In this document: positions 1-12,630 of the stretch, piece by piece | Layout: every line of letters starts with the position of its first letter | Numbering within the stretch: position 1 is the stretch's first letter | Origin: Felis catus | Lineage: Eukaryota | Assembly (NCBI RefSeq): GCF_018350175.1 | Contig: NC_058368.1 | Span: 177,446,001-177,510,000, forward strand | Direction of reading: 5' to 3' | DNA: 64,000 nucleotides | Notes under the pieces: generated by a model | Told to the model about the DNA's origin: nothing | The model's database searches: none | Seen by the model: only the letters and a program-made list of their open reading frames with translations | Program-made: the position numbers and the translations under genes

Positions 1-69
1 CCACGAACCACAAGGTCATGACCTGAGCCGAAGTCAGACACCCGACCGACTGAGCCACTCAGGCGCCCC
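1..69 (-). mobile_element. Can-SINE (SINEC_Fc-type), 5' head only, cut by window edge
   Basis: Reverse complement reads GGGGCGCCTGAGTGGCTCAGTCGG...GACTTCGGCTCAGGTCATGACC, the tRNA-derived head with A-box. Confidence 0.9.
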
Positions 70-379
70 AGTTAGGCCTTCTTCTTAAGTGAGGTCCTTT
101 CCCGAAGGCTATAGCCCAGCTATTTTCTATAGTCCTCCCTTAGCCCATGAGAAAAGTCCACCTTCTTTGCCCCACCAGACTCTGGAAGGGCACGGCAGCA
201 TTCTCTCTTTCGTTAGTTCTCGTGAGCAGACCCCCAGGCTTTTGCCTTCAGACTTCCCTCGTGAGAGGCAGATACCATGTCTAGATAACTCCAGGTGTGC
301 CAGTTCAGTTTTCCCAACGATTTTTCTACCACCTGTACACTCCAACGGCATCACAGGGCGAACCTGCAGCAGAACATCT

Positions 380-832
380 AAATAAAAGTGCATAGTAAAG
401 ACATAATTATTTCACATAACACACTTCCAGGTTGGTCCAGAGGCTCAGTAGCTCTGGATTAATGTCTCTGTATGAGTCTCTTTGACTCAAGAGGGCAAGA
501 TGGCTGCAGCCTCTCCAGGGATCACAGCTTCATCAGCAGAGTCCAAAGTGCCTGTGCGTGTGTGTGTGGGAGGAAAGGACATTTTCCTGAGTGCCTCTGC
601 CCTTAGTCTTTCTGAAAAGCTCCTGGCGAACTTTCCCTTCCCCCTTACGCTTCATTGGCCAGAATCGTAGGACCAATCCTAGACCAATCACTGCCAAGAA
701 GGAATGGGAGGACCAAAACTGGAATAGAACGATCCTGACTCCACTTTTGGAGCCAGCACAAAATCGGGATACTGTTCTCTAGGAAGGAAGGGAGAATGGC
801 TGCCGGGTAGGAGACCAGCAGCACCTGCCACA
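380..832 (-). mobile_element. Old MaLR solo LTR (MLT1J/K-like)
   Basis: Contains CAAGATGGCTGC, CATTGGCCAGAA and ACCAATCACTG and ends ...CTGCCACA, typical of reverse-oriented MLT1J/K. Left boundary approximate. Confidence 0.6.
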
Positions 833-930
833 CGCATTTCAGATGCTTCTGAAATTTTTCACTATGTAGATAATACTGTCCTAAATAGTCTTTGGCATAA
901 AGATTTTTGTATATTTAAAAGATCGCCTTA

Positions 931-1164
931 GGGGCACCCGGGTGGCTCAGTCAGCTAAGCATCTGACTTCGGCTCAGGTCATGATCTCACGGCTCATGGG
1001 GTCAAGCCCCGCGTCAGGCTCTGCACTGACAGCTCAGAGCCTGGAGCCTGCTTCAGATCCTGTGTCTCCCTCTCTCTCTGCCCTTCCCCTGCTCTCACTC
1101 TGTCTCTCTCTCTCTGTCTCTCTCTGTGTGTCTCTCAAAAAATTAAAAAAAAAAACATTAAAGA
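931..1164 (+). mobile_element. Can-SINE (SINEC_Fc-type), full length
   Basis: GGGGCACCCGGGTGGCTCAG head, (CT)n, A-tail; TSD AAAAGATCGCCTTA (917-930) / AAAAGATCTCCTTA (1165-1178). Confidence 0.95.
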
Positions 1165-1768
1165 AAAAGATCTCCTTAGTGAGGTGGTTGGATACACACA
1201 CTCCATGTTGTCTTGGGAATCAGGCTGGAGGTGCACAGTCAGGGGACTTTTCTGCATCTCAGTGCCCCTCGAGCTGTGTCCTCCCCTCCTCAGGCTAGCT
1301 GTCACTGTCATTTGTTACAGCACATCACCTGCAGTGTGTGAGTAGCTGGCCAGGGTTAACGTTCGCTGGCTTTGTGCCCAGGGACAGAATATTATCAGCT
1401 GATACAGACAATCTGATTACTTCCATATTTTCCTATTTCTACTTTTATTTTGGCTTATCCTTTGACTATTTTTTGAGCTCTAGTCCAGTCTAGTCAAAAC
1501 ACTGTAGCCAATCCCAACCTCAGAATTTGTGTCAAACCCAACTTTAACGACTTAGAACAAAACCTTAAGTCAACCAACAGAATCCATTTTTCTATTAGCC
1601 ACTTCTCTGGAAATCTTCCAATGTGCACTTTTGATTAGCGACTGGATTAAGAAACCCCACTGCTGCCCACCGGAGGCTATACAGGAATCAGATTTAATGA
1701 ACCCCAACCATTAGATTTCCCAGAGATGGAATTCATTGGCCAAACTGCATAATAATTATTGGGTGGCC

Positions 1769-2130
1769 TGTTAGTTATGAAAGGTATTGTTAGCTGCTAT
1801 AATGAAGAATCCTCAAATTGCAGTGGCTTAACTCAATGGAAGTTGGTATCCTATGCATAAAGTTTCATCCGGGGGCTTTGGCCAAGCAGCCTTCTAGGTG
1901 GTGACTCAGGGACCTGGGTTCCTTTCGTCTTGATACACTACCCTCTTTTATGGCCCCAGATTCTCCCTATGCAGCCAGTGGATGGGGGAAAGCAAATGTG
2001 GGATTGTGCAGGGGAGGCCTAGAAGTGCACTCATCACTTTTACTAGTCAGAGCTCACTCACAAGACAGGCCTGGAGTGGTGATCAAGCGAGGCACCCAGG
2101 AGGAAAGGAATAATCAGTTATCTTTGTCAA
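1769..2130 (-). mobile_element. Degenerate MLT1-family LTR
   Basis: TTAGCTGCTATAA...CAGTGGCTTAA start and GACTCAGGGACC motif, as in reverse-oriented old MLT1 LTRs. Confidence 0.45.
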
Positions 2131-2289
2131 AGACACCTACCTGTGCCAGGTGTTTTACAGACATGACCTTGTAAGGTGGGTATTCAATCTCTAATTTTAC
2201 AGAGGTGTAAAATATCCTGCCAAGGCCACATGGCTATTAAGCGTCAGGGTGAGAATGTCTCCTACGTCTTTTGTAACTCGCTTTCTACT

Positions 2290-2990
2290 TTATCTTTCAC
2301 AGTGAGGTTTTTAAGCCACTTGGTGTCCATCTTTGTGTATGTTTTAAGGTGGGGGCCTGGTTGTATTTTTCTCCATATCCCAGATTTTTTTTTTTTACAA
2401 CACATGGTGCTATAACATTTTTTTCTCCCAAAGAGGCTGCTTTACATTCCTACAGCCAGTGTACGAGTGTGCCTACTTCGCAATACCCTCTTTAACAGTA
2501 GGTCTTACTATCTTGACAAGCAGTACTATGGGATGGTAGGAAAGTGGTAATTAATTTCTTGGATTGCCAATGAGATTTCTTCCTCCCTTTTTATCCCCAA
2601 ATATATTTCTTATTTGCACATTATTTATTTGACTTCTTTGTTCCTCAATCTAGAAGGGTCTGGATGACTTTCTCAACTCTTTCCATACATATGTACATAC
2701 ATATATGACAATCTCTGTAATACAGGTACGATGTCGTTGCCTGTCACTTGGCCACTGCCACATACATTTTCCTTTCTTTTTTCAATGTACAAATGTGCTA
2801 AATTTTCCTGCAGTCAATTCTGTCCATCTCTTTCTCGGTGATGTTTTCTTACGCTTCTAAGTTTAACCAGCCTTTTCTCCCTTGAGGTCTGATAAATATT
2901 CAAGTCTTTTTCCCTCTATGGTTTGATTTTTTTTTTTAAATGTTCAGTTCTTCAGTGCATCTGGAATGCATTTCAGTGCACGGTATGGAT
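2290..2990 (-). mobile_element. Ancient L1M (L1ME-like) fragments
   Basis: T-rich antisense L1 text such as TTTACATTCCTACAGCCAGTGTACGAGTGTGCC. Confidence 0.5.
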
Positions 2991-4215
2991 ATGGAAGGGT
3001 CTAACTGCAGGTTTGTAATTTGTAGGAGGAGGGGCGCCATTGACACATCCAAGCTCCCTTCTCTCCCCATCCTGAGCTTGTTTTCTCTTCTCCAGGCCAA
3101 ACAGAAGCAAAGATACCAGAAGTGGCACAAAACATGCAAGACTGTGATCATTGCCCCTAACGAAAGAGATGATCATTGTTGTATAACTGAACATCTATAT
3201 TTAGAATATTTAGTGACACGCTGTGTCACTGAAGTTAGTCATCAGACGTCCACATGAGATAGAAATTGTTACCCCTGTTGTACTGATGAGGAGAACTGAG
3301 GCTTAAGCAACTTGCCCAAGGCCATACACTTAGGGTGGTTGTCAGTTTTTTTCGATGAGCCTCACTTCCCGTGGTTATCCATCACCTCCCTCCTAGCTAT
3401 CAGCTTAAAATGTGCTTGTTTTCTTGAAATTAAGGTAGAATCACCTGAGGTGAATTCACTTAAAAATAATAACAAAATAAAACAAACCCCAAACCTTATA
3501 AAACCTTGAAATGTCCAAGAGTTCCGAAAGTAAAAAAAAGATATTAAAGAAGATCTAGAAACTTCCAAAAGAGGTTGATGCCATCCCATTGAGCAAGAAC
3601 CAGTGTTACCTTGGGAGGCATGCAATTTACATTAACTGGGTTTTGGAGGAACTGACTCTAGGTACAGTCTTCAGAAATCCACTTGGGTCTAAAGAAGTGA
3701 GGTGATAGCCATCGATTTGGGCCACAATGGGGTTTCTCAATTGTTTGCCTTCTTCTTTAAGGACGACTTCCATTTGTGTGAACTTGGAAGAATCCTCAGT
3801 GAAAGGAGGGAAAGGAAGACTCAGCAGAACGAAAGGGGGAAAACGTAAATAAACATAAAATGTCCACTAAGGGACTTAACAGCTGTCATATCACCTGTCT
3901 GTGCCTCAGCGTCCTACACAATGTGACTGATGATTGTGCGTCCTACCTCACAGAGTCCCCCCATGCTGGGGACCACATGAAATGGAGCTCAGGCATGCCC
4001 CGTGCCTGGTCCCAGTGAGAGTGCCCTCAGTGTTCTTAATTCCCACAGTAGTCCTATGTGGAAAGTACTATGAGGGTTTGCAGACCTGCTGAAATGTGCC
4101 AAAGTGCATATTTGAATGCTCTTGGATCAGGAAAAAAGGAAAGATGCTGGACAGGCAAGAAGAAAGATCACCTGTATTGTGTTCAAGGCTTTATATAACA
4201 AGGTGCCTTATTTTA

Positions 4216-4449
4216 TTTTTTATTTTTATTTTATTGTTTTAAGTTTATTTATTTATTTATTTTGAGAGAGAGAGAGAGAGAGGGAGAGAGAGCGCAAACA
4301 AGGGAGGGGCAGAGAAAGAGGGAGAGAAAGAATCCCAAGCAGGCTCTCCACTCTCAGCATAGAGCGCGACGTGGGGCTCGAACTCACGAACCCTGAGATC
4401 TGAAACCAAGAGTTCGACACTGAGCCGACTAAGCCACCCGGGCACTCCG
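4216..4449 (-). mobile_element. Can-SINE with small internal deletion
   Basis: T-tail, (GA)n and body ending GCCACCCGGGCACTCC; perfect 16-bp TSD AAGGTGCCTTATTTTA at 4200-4215 and 4450-4465. Confidence 0.95.
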
Positions 4450-5229
4450 AAGGTGCCTTATTTTAATCCTCTAATTAAAGAGGTTCAGTTGGTGTTGCTT
4501 CCCTTCTGCAGACGTGGAAGGAGGCCCGGGAGGAGTGCAGGGATCGGCTTAAGTTCACATCGGTCAGTTCCAGGTCTTCTGGACTATGGAGACTGGCGGA
4601 TCTCGGGGAACAAGGGCAGGGGGTACATTCAAGATGATGAGCTACACAGGGACGAAGCCCCATCAGGTGGTACATCCCACAAAGGACCCCAAGGAGCTCT
4701 GACCACAGAACACAAGGCCTTCACTCATAACAAGGACACTTGGAGAGGTTCTGGCCTTCCAAGACAGAAGACGGATCAGCTCCACGAAAGGGTAAGCTTA
4801 GGAGGTGAGGACACAGTTCAGATCTTGGAGGAGTGTCAGGGACATGTGCCTTCTAGGTCAGTAATGTCCTGATTACAGGCAGGTTTGCCTCAATGAAATA
4901 TAATCCACGATAGGCCATTTGAACTTGGCAGGATGGCGGAAAACAGGTTTCAAGAACAAACTGAGCCAAGCCATTCTTCCATCAGCTAGACAAGAATCCT
5001 AAGTCCACGTTTCTTTAGGTTTAAACAGATTCAAGTGTTATTAAAACCTCCAGAATTGGTAGTGGCGGTGGTTGGGGGCACAGGTACAAAGCCCAGAATG
5101 GACAGAGAGCAATGAGTGAGGAAAGCCTGGATTCTGGTACAGCTCTCTTGCCAAGAATATCTCCCTGCCTGGAACGGTTGTAAGTGCAAGGGAGTATTTT
5201 ACGGTTTGTCTGTTTGTTTGCCAATTTCA

Positions 5230-5900
5230 AAGAAATCTCAGTGTAGAAAGTTTGAAAAACACATAGAAGTATAAAGAAGTAGGGGAAAAGAAATCACCCA
5301 TAATCCTATCAGCCAGTAATAACCACTTTACATTGTGGTATTTTTCTCTCTAGAGTTTCTTTCTGGGCTTTTATTTTTAAAATAAATGTGATACCTGACT
5401 CCAGACCTCTCCGCTTCTCAGCCTGGATGAGATGAGGGCCATTACCTCCTGCAAATATATACATTTCCAATTATAAAATGCAATATGCTCATTAGGGAGA
5501 ATCTAACAATTTCCCCCCAAAAAAGAACGAAGAAAATTAAATTAAAATCCCAACACATGGAGAATTAACATTGGGGTGAATTTCCTTCTGTCCTCCTTCT
5601 TTGCATTTCTTTAAGTATAATATATGTCTTTACCCAATTTTGCATTCTATTTTCTTTTCTTAATATATTGTAAGCCTTTTCTCATGTTACTGCACATGCT
5701 TCCTAAACATTTATCCTACTTGCCTTGGTATGGTTATTACATAACTTATTTAACTATTTCATTTACGATGAACATTTGATTTTCTGAGTCCTTTTTTTTT
5801 TTTTTTTTTAAATCTTTGCCCACAGCTCTTTTTACTTTAGGATTGAGTCCTTCAAGATGAATTACTGGCTGAAAGAGTGTGAATATCTTAATACACATTG
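5230..5900 (-). mobile_element. Ancient L1ME 3'-end fragments
   Basis: AAATCACCCATAATCC...ATAACCACT and ATAACTTATTTAACTATTTC...GATGAACATTT motifs typical of antisense L1ME4 3' ends. Confidence 0.5.
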
Positions 5901-6155
5901 TTCTGTTGTTTTTTGGCACTTTGTAACTGGAGCAGTGTGGGGACAGAGCCCCTTCATACCCTTGACCTCTCTGCCCATTTTACTTTGTAAACCAACTGTT
6001 GCTAATTAAACAGGTGAATTACTATTACTGAACAAGGATCTAAAATAATTAGTGCCTTTACTCAGCACGGCTGTGCCGCATTAAATGTTGACTCAGTTTC
6101 CCCACCCTTACTGTGACAGGTGTTGCTAAAACACAGAGGACGGTTCCAAACTTCT

Positions 6156-6372
6156 TTTTTTTCTTAAGTTTTAATTAATTTATTTGTTTTAAGAGAGAGA
6201 GAGAGAGAGTGGGAGGAGCAGAGAGAGAGAGAGGGAGGGAGAGAATCCTAAGCAGTCTCCACTCTGTCAGCGCAGAGCCCAATGCAGGGCTCAAACTCAC
6301 GAACTGTGAGATCATGACCTGAGCCAGAACCAAGAGTCACACGCTTAACTGACTAAGCCACCCAGGCGCCCC
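6156..6372 (-). mobile_element. Can-SINE, full length
   Basis: Ends GCCACCCAGGCGCCCC; perfect 16-bp TSD ACGGTTCCAAACTTCT at 6140-6155 and 6373-6388. Confidence 0.95.
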
Positions 6373-6419
6373 ACGGTTCCAAACTTCTGAAAGCTGGTTA
6401 AAATTCTAGTTCGGCTCTC

Positions 6420-6575
6420 CAAGCTTCTGTCTTCTCATCTTCAGAAGGGGAATAATGCCTACTTAGGAATCATTGTGATGATGAAAAGAATAAGACAAAG
6501 CAAAACAAAGCAAAACAACAACACACGAATCATTAGCACCACGCCTGGCCCATAGCAGACGCACCATAAATATCA
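6420..6575 (+). mobile_element. MIR fragment
   Basis: CTCATCT...GGGGAATAATGCCTAC...TTAGCACCACGCCTGGCCCATAG matches the MIR core and 3' end. Confidence 0.6.
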
Positions 6576-6739
6576 CCTTCTTTCCTCCCTCCTTTATCCT
6601 CAACTTGGAAGCTATTGGAAACGTCAGGAAAAATAGCATTAGAATACCAGATTTCTAGTAGAGGAAACCAGAGCCCAGAGAAGCTAATTAACTTGCCTCG
6701 AGTCATGATGGCTAGTAAATGACACAGTGAGGTCCACAC

Positions 6740-7057
6740 CACAGTCTCAAAGATGAGCTTCAGGGGGCAGCTGCGGGGCCAAATATGGTTTGCACATCTG
6801 TTTTAGTTGGCCCAATAGCCAAAGAAAGAAAATAGGATAAAATCAAATAAAGCCAACATTGAGAATGAGATTTCACGTCCGTATTTCTGGTTTCTCTTGA
6901 GAAATCATCAGATCTGATGATGGGGGAGGGCCCAGTCGAGCGGTGACGGGCCCCTTTGCAAGGGCCGCACACCTCCCATCCACCAGGTCTACACCGGGTG
7001 CGTTCAGGCTGCTAGCCCCTGCCTGGCTCCGGGGTGCACTGGAGTTTGCAACCCCTG
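6740..7057 (-). mobile_element. MER102-like hAT-Charlie MITE
   Basis: Ends GAGTTTGCAACCCCTG (reverse complement of terminal CAGGGGTTGCAAACTC); internal TTTCTGGTTTCTCTTGAGAAATC. Confidence 0.7.
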
Positions 7058-7849
7058 CTCTGACCCATGCTGACATCAGATCCAGGGGTTACTGACTGCC
7101 CCCACCCCACCCCAGGACTCAAGCTCCTGGCTAACCCCGGACTGCCTGCGTTGGTGGAGGCCGCCACTCAGCCGAGGATTGCCCACCGAGCGGGTCCTGC
7201 TGTAGTCCAGGAATGTGAACGTACATTGTTCTCCGCCCAGCCGCATTCATGTGGGGTGAGCTCACTCTGGCCCGCTGCCTCCTTCCCCCAATCTCTCCAA
7301 TTAAAAACATATTACCTTCCCGCTCGGCCCGGAGCAGCCCTGGGCCGCAGCTTTATTTTATAAACACATTTAGACAAGTTCAAAAAGGAATGATTCATGC
7401 TGGACCCGAGCACTCCTAAACGCGAGGACTGCTGAGCATTTTCACAGGGAAAGCATCCTGAGCGGGACCAGGCCTGGCCCTCGGGGGGTATCATCTCTCC
7501 AGCTCCAAGGCCCAGGATTACCTGTCCGCAGCTGGAAGGACTTACCCACAAGGCCACCTTTCGGCAGCCCCAGCCCAGCCCCAGCCACCATTGGCTCCTG
7601 GAAGGGAAGGATGAAGGCCCGGCCCCTCCCCCCCCCAGGAGGCTTCCTCTGATCCCCCGTCCCCAGGGCAGGCTTCCAGGCTCACCTTCCCACCCTGGAC
7701 TTGAGTTCCCTCCTGCTACATACTCCACTGATCTCTCCCAGGGGTGGGCCCTGGAGGGTCTTTCGTGCTTCTTCCACAATAACCAGCTCAGTGCCCTGTG
7801 CATGGAGGGGCACAAGGCAGGAGTCCGTGTGACAGTAATAATAACCGAG

Positions 7850-8130
7850 GCTGTTGAGCAGAGAGCATGGACGGGGTGCCAGACACCGTCCTTAGTAATT
7901 TACATCTATTCTTGTATTTAATTCTCACAGGAACTCAAGGACGTAGGTGCTGTTCCTGATAAGCCCCTTTTCACAGATGAGGAAACTGAGGATTAGAGTT
8001 CAATCGAACGCTACCCACGAGGATCTGAATAGGTTGTCAGAAATGGAAAGGTCCTTGCATCATTTGGTCTTGTCACCAACTCTACAGATGGAGAAACTGA
8101 GGCCCACAGAGGAAGAGGCCCTTCCTCAAG
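7850..8130 (-). mobile_element. Two adjacent MIR fragments
   Basis: Two antisense MIR cores: ACAGATGAGGAAACTGAGG and ACAGATGGAGAAACTGAGGCCCACAGAGG. Confidence 0.75.
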
Positions 8131-8500
8131 ATGATACAAGGATGCAGCGACCTTAGCAAGAGCCCCAGCTGCCCGGCCCTTTATTGCACCGCACCATGCC
8201 AGGCCCTGGCGTCATGTAGGAGTTTGGTAAGATGTCTTGAATGAACGAATGACTATATGAGTGTTATTATGGAACTCCCTTCTTGGAGCATAATTACTGC
8301 GACAGTATCTTACTCCTATCTGAATCCCCCCAGTGCTCGGCTCCAGACCCAAGAAGGTCCTTTCTCAGTGTCTGTTGAAGGAATACATCAATCTCTTATT
8401 GTGTCTTTAGTCACTGTAGCTTAACCCTTACTTATTATTATTATTATTCTATGGTTACAGGGTTTTTAGTTTGCTCTCCTCAACTAAAGAATGAAAAGTA

Positions 8501-8713
8501 GGAGCACCTGGGTGGTTCAGTTGGTTAAGCGTCCAACGTCAGCTCAGGTCATGATCTTGTGGTTCGTGGGTTCAAGCCCTACCTTGAGCTCTGTGCTGAT
8601 GGTGCAGAGTCTGCTTGGGATTTTCTCTGTCTCTCTCTCTCCCTCTCTCTGTCTGCCTCTCCTCCACTTGTGCTCTATCTCTCTCTCAAAACAAATAAGT
8701 AAACTTAAAAAAA
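8501..8713 (+). mobile_element. Can-SINE, full length
   Basis: GGAGCACCTGGGTGGTTCAG head, (CT)n, A-tail; degenerate TSD AAAGAATGAAAAGT / AAAGAATGAGGAGT. Confidence 0.93.
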
Positions 8714-9601
8714 AAAGAATGAGGAGTGGATCCTCTTTCTGCCTTGCAGGTGAGGCTATGCTTAGCATGCAGAGGTGTTAAGTTTATGAATGCCCACTCA
8801 CTTATTCTTGCCTTCATTACTGTGTACTGAGCACCTGCTATGTGGGAGGCACTGTGCCAGGCGCTGGCCAAGGGCTGTGATGCAAAGGCAAGTCTAACCA
8901 TGACCTGCCCCCAGGAATCACCCTATTGCACCCCATAGTGGCCATATCTGCCTCTGCCCACTGTGACTGTGATAAGCAGTGCTCCTCCTGAGCCCAGTCA
9001 GTCTGGTGGCACCAATCCCCAGGAACAAGAAGCTGCCAGTCATATGCTATTGATTTGCCTAGTGATTCAACAAACATTTATTGAGTGTCTACTGTGTGCC
9101 ACATCCCACGGTTGTAAGAAATATCCTGTCCTCAGGACCATCCTTGCTAGAAATGGCTGTATAAGTCATAAGGCTTTTGGGACCAAGTGACCCATCACCA
9201 AACTCAGGGAGGCCTCAGGCACTGCTAGAAGTCTTTCTCTACATCTCTTGTTATTTGCCTATTGGCTCCTTCTCTCCTTTTCAGGGCTAACTTTTTTTGG
9301 TTACAACCAAGATGGCCACCGTGAATATGAGGGCCCACAGATTCCCAACATGCTCCCCAAATTCTCCTGTAGCTCTAACTAGAAAGTTCCCTGGGAGACT
9401 GAAAACAGAAGAGAGGGATCTGCTCAGATGACATAACAGAGTTGGCTACAAGAACCTGATTTCTGGGTCATCGTTCCGGTCTCCTGTTTCATCTTGATTC
9501 TGACACCTGAAAGTCTGGTTTCATGGGCAATTTGATAGGAAAGGTGAATGAGTTAATTTTTTTGTTGTTGTTGTGAGTAGCTCTTTAAAAAGTGGGGAAG
9601 G

Positions 9602-9804
9602 GGGGCGCCTGGGTGGCTCAGTCGATTGAGCATCTGACTTCGGCTCAGGTCATGATCTCACAGTTCGTGAGTTTGAGCCCCACGTCTGGCTCTGTGCTGA
9701 CAGCTCAGAGCCTGGAGCCTGTTTCAGATTCTGTGTCTTCCTCTCTCTCTGCCCCTCCCCTGTTCATGCTCTGTCCCTGTCTCAAGAATAAATAAACATT
9801 AAAA
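9602..9804 (+). mobile_element. Can-SINE (SINEC_Fc-type), full length
   Basis: Canonical head and AATAAATAAACATT tail; perfect 15-bp TSD AAAAAGTGGGGAAGG at 9587-9601 and 9805-9819. Confidence 0.95.
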
Positions 9805-10109
9805 AAAAAGTGGGGAAGGATACTCCAGGGGTGCCCTAGAATTCAAAGAGGCATGAAGCATTGAGTTACAGAAAAACCTCAGCAGCAGCCATGGGCCTTC
9901 AATGTTTGGAGGTCACAGGACCTTCTCCTAGCATCATCTTCATGTGACTCGGTTCCAGTAGCTGCCAGCCTTTGTGGTTTCAGCAACCGTCAGTGCAGTT
10001 CCAGATCCTGAATTCATGGGGAACAATTGAAATTGACCTTGCGTGGGTAACTTGCTCATCCTGGAACGGATAGCAGGGCTGGGAGGTATGGTCCTATCAT
10101 ACCAATATG

Positions 10110-10940
10110 ACAACAGGAATTCGCATGCATTGTCTGTGGGAATGCAAAATGGTACAGCCACTTTGGAAGAGAGTTTGGCAGTTTCCTTCAAAACTAAACA
10201 TAGTCTTACCATAGAATCCGGCAATTGTTCTCCTTGGTATTCACCCAAATGATGTCAAGACTTACGTCCCCACAAAAAGCTACACACAAATGTTTATAGC
10301 AGCTTTATTCAGAATTGCCAAAACTTGGGAGGAACCAAGATGTCCTTCAGTAGGTGAATGGATAAATAAACTCTGGTACATCCAGACACTGAAATATTAT
10401 TCAGTGCTAAAAAGAAATGAGCTACCAGGCCAGGAAAAGACACGGAGGGAGCTTAAATGTATATTACTAAGTGGAAGAAGCCAATCTGAAAAGCCTACAC
10501 ACTGTAAGGTTCCAACTATATGACATTCTAGAAAAGGCAAAAACTACGGAGATACTGGATAGATCTGTGGGTGCCAAGGGGTTGGGGGAAGGGAGGGAAG
10601 GATAAATAGAGCTCAGGGACTTGTAGAGCAGTGAAACTATTCTGTACAATACTATAATGATGGACACGTGTCATTATATGTTTGTCCAAACCCACAGAAT
10701 ATACACCAATGAGAGTGGTGTATACTATGGACTGATGTAGCTAAGTACTCTCAGTGATAATGGACTCTCATGCAGGTTCATCGATTGTAACAAATGTCCC
10801 ACTCTGTTGGGGGGAAACGTCGTTAGTGGGGAGGTTGTGGGGAGGGGGCAACGGTATGGGAACACTCTTCTTTTTGCTCAGTTTTGCTGTGAGTCTAAAA
10901 CTGCTCTAAAATGCAAAACCTATTAATGAAAAAAAAATAA
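10110..10940 (+). mobile_element. L1MC1-like LINE-1 3' end (ORF2 C-terminus remnant and 3' UTR)
   Basis: Encodes MFIAALFRIAKTWEEPRCPSVGEWINKLWYI, a recognisable L1 ORF2 C-terminus, followed by an L1MC-type 3' UTR and an A-rich end. Confidence 0.9.
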
Positions 10941-11619
10941 TAACAATATGCCTTTGGGCTGAATGTGGCCTGAGAGTCCACAGGCTGCGAGATGTGATGC
11001 CTGAGAAATTGATCCTAGATCCTCAAACCCAAGCACCTCTTGGTTTCAAGTCTTCCTCTCCCACAGGCGCATGTATTAGGTGAGAATGTTTTCGTATTCT
11101 CAGGTCATGGTCACCATCAGAGTTGCCTCTTTCTGCTTGTCCGATGTCCTGATTGTCATGAAAGAACAAAAGTGGCCGCAAGGAGGTGGAACAATTCCAG
11201 GCCACACCCCAGGCACCCTGTCCAGGGTTAAGTAGCAATCCCTAGGCTTTCTGGAATGAAAAATAGTTCCAGATAGAGTGTCTAGGTTGGAATGTCTCTG
11301 GCAATTAAGGAAGTAGAAGAATCTGAGGCGGGATACCTGAGATGAGCAGGGACAATCCCGCTCAGTTCCAGGTATGGAGAGGGGGCTTGGTCCTACCACT
11401 TGGAGCGCTAGGGAGGGCGTGCTGTCTGGTAGTCCATGGTGCAGGGGTGTGTGTACTGCCCAGGGAACCCACATGAAACTGGCTCGAAGGTTTTGTAGGG
11501 TCCTGAACAGAGACCAACAAACTCCATCCTCCAAAGCCTGAGTTCTTTCTGCCTGGGTCTCAAAATCACACTGTTTTGCAACTACTACTTCACATAAGCT
11601 TCCACTGCTTCATAAAAGG

Positions 11620-12180
11620 AGCCTACTTCAGCCAGGCGGTCAAGGTCAACATCAGTAATCACAGATCATGTTGGTAGTAGGCACTCCTGGAAGGGTGCAA
11701 TAAAAAATGGTACTTTTCCTCTGGGATTTCTCTCCCCAAAACCCACACATCACCCCAGTCTAATCATGAGAAAAACACCAGATAAATTCCAACAGAGAGG
11801 CATCCTCCAAATACTTGCCTAGGAGCCACGACGATGGTCAGGTCATTGAAAACAGGGAGAGTTTGAGAAACTGTCAGAGCCAAGAGGAACCTAAGGACAC
11901 ATGTTGAGTAAAGGTGATGTGGTACGTTGGATGGGAAGCTAGGACAGAAAGGGGACATCAGGTTAAAAAAAATCTGAATAAACTGTGGAATTTAATTAAT
12001 AATAACGTGTCAGTACTGGTTCATTAGTTGTAATAAATTTACCACGCTAATGTAAGACGCTGATAGGGGTGACTGTGCAGGTGGCAGGGGGTGGAACCGG
12101 AGAAGTCTCTGTACGATTTGCTCACTTTTTCTGTCAATCTAAAACTGCTCTAAACAAACAAAGGTTATGAATGAAATAAA
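11620..12180 (+). mobile_element. L1MC3/4-like 3' UTR fragment
   Basis: CCCAGTCTAATCATGAGAAAAACA, GAGAAACTGTCAGAGCCAAGAGGA and TCTAAAACTGCTCTAAA motifs. Confidence 0.75.
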
Positions 12181-12194
12181 ATCTATTAACCTAA

Positions 12195-12358
12195 GATTTT
12201 AATAAGGGGTTATTTTCTCTTATTTTTGAGAGAGAGAGAGAGGCAGAGAGAATACCAAGCAGGCTCCATGCCCAGACCAGATCTCACAACTGTGAGATCA
12301 TGACCTGAACCAAAGTCAAGAGTCAGATGCTTAACTGACTATGCCACCCAGGTGCCCC
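12195..12358 (-). mobile_element. Can-SINE, internally shortened
   Basis: (GA)n, AAGCAGGCTCC, GAGATCATGACCTGA, ends GCCACCCAGGTGCCCC. Confidence 0.88.
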
Positions 12359-12409
12359 GAAAGTCCATTAATCTGAAAAATCACCCCCACACAGTGAAGA
12401 CTTTGTGTC

Positions 12410-12630
12410 CAATAGCTTGGGTTTGCATGCCGGCTTTAACACAACTTTTGGCTGCCTGACTTTGGGCAAATTATTTTAACCCCCTTTAAGTCTCTGTTTC
12501 ATCATCAGCGGCGGAGGGCTAAGAATGCTGTTCAACTCACCTCGTTGTTTGGAGAATAAAGGAATACATTGCCCATGAAGGACTTCGGCATAATGTCTGG
12601 CACATACATGGTACTTATTAAATGATAAGT
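12410..12630 (+). mobile_element. MIR
   Basis: TGACTTTGGGCAAATTA...CTCTGTTTCATCATC...TGTCTGGCACATA. Confidence 0.7.

Noticed and set aside
942..1298. Recurring MAQSVKxLTSAQVMIS-type ORFs (also near 8491, 9592, 18818, 20939, 35547, 45843)
   Set aside because: Translations of Can-SINE bodies, not a gene family.
10290..10523. L1 ORF2-like peptide as a CDS
   Set aside because: Short remnant of a 5'-truncated, decayed L1.
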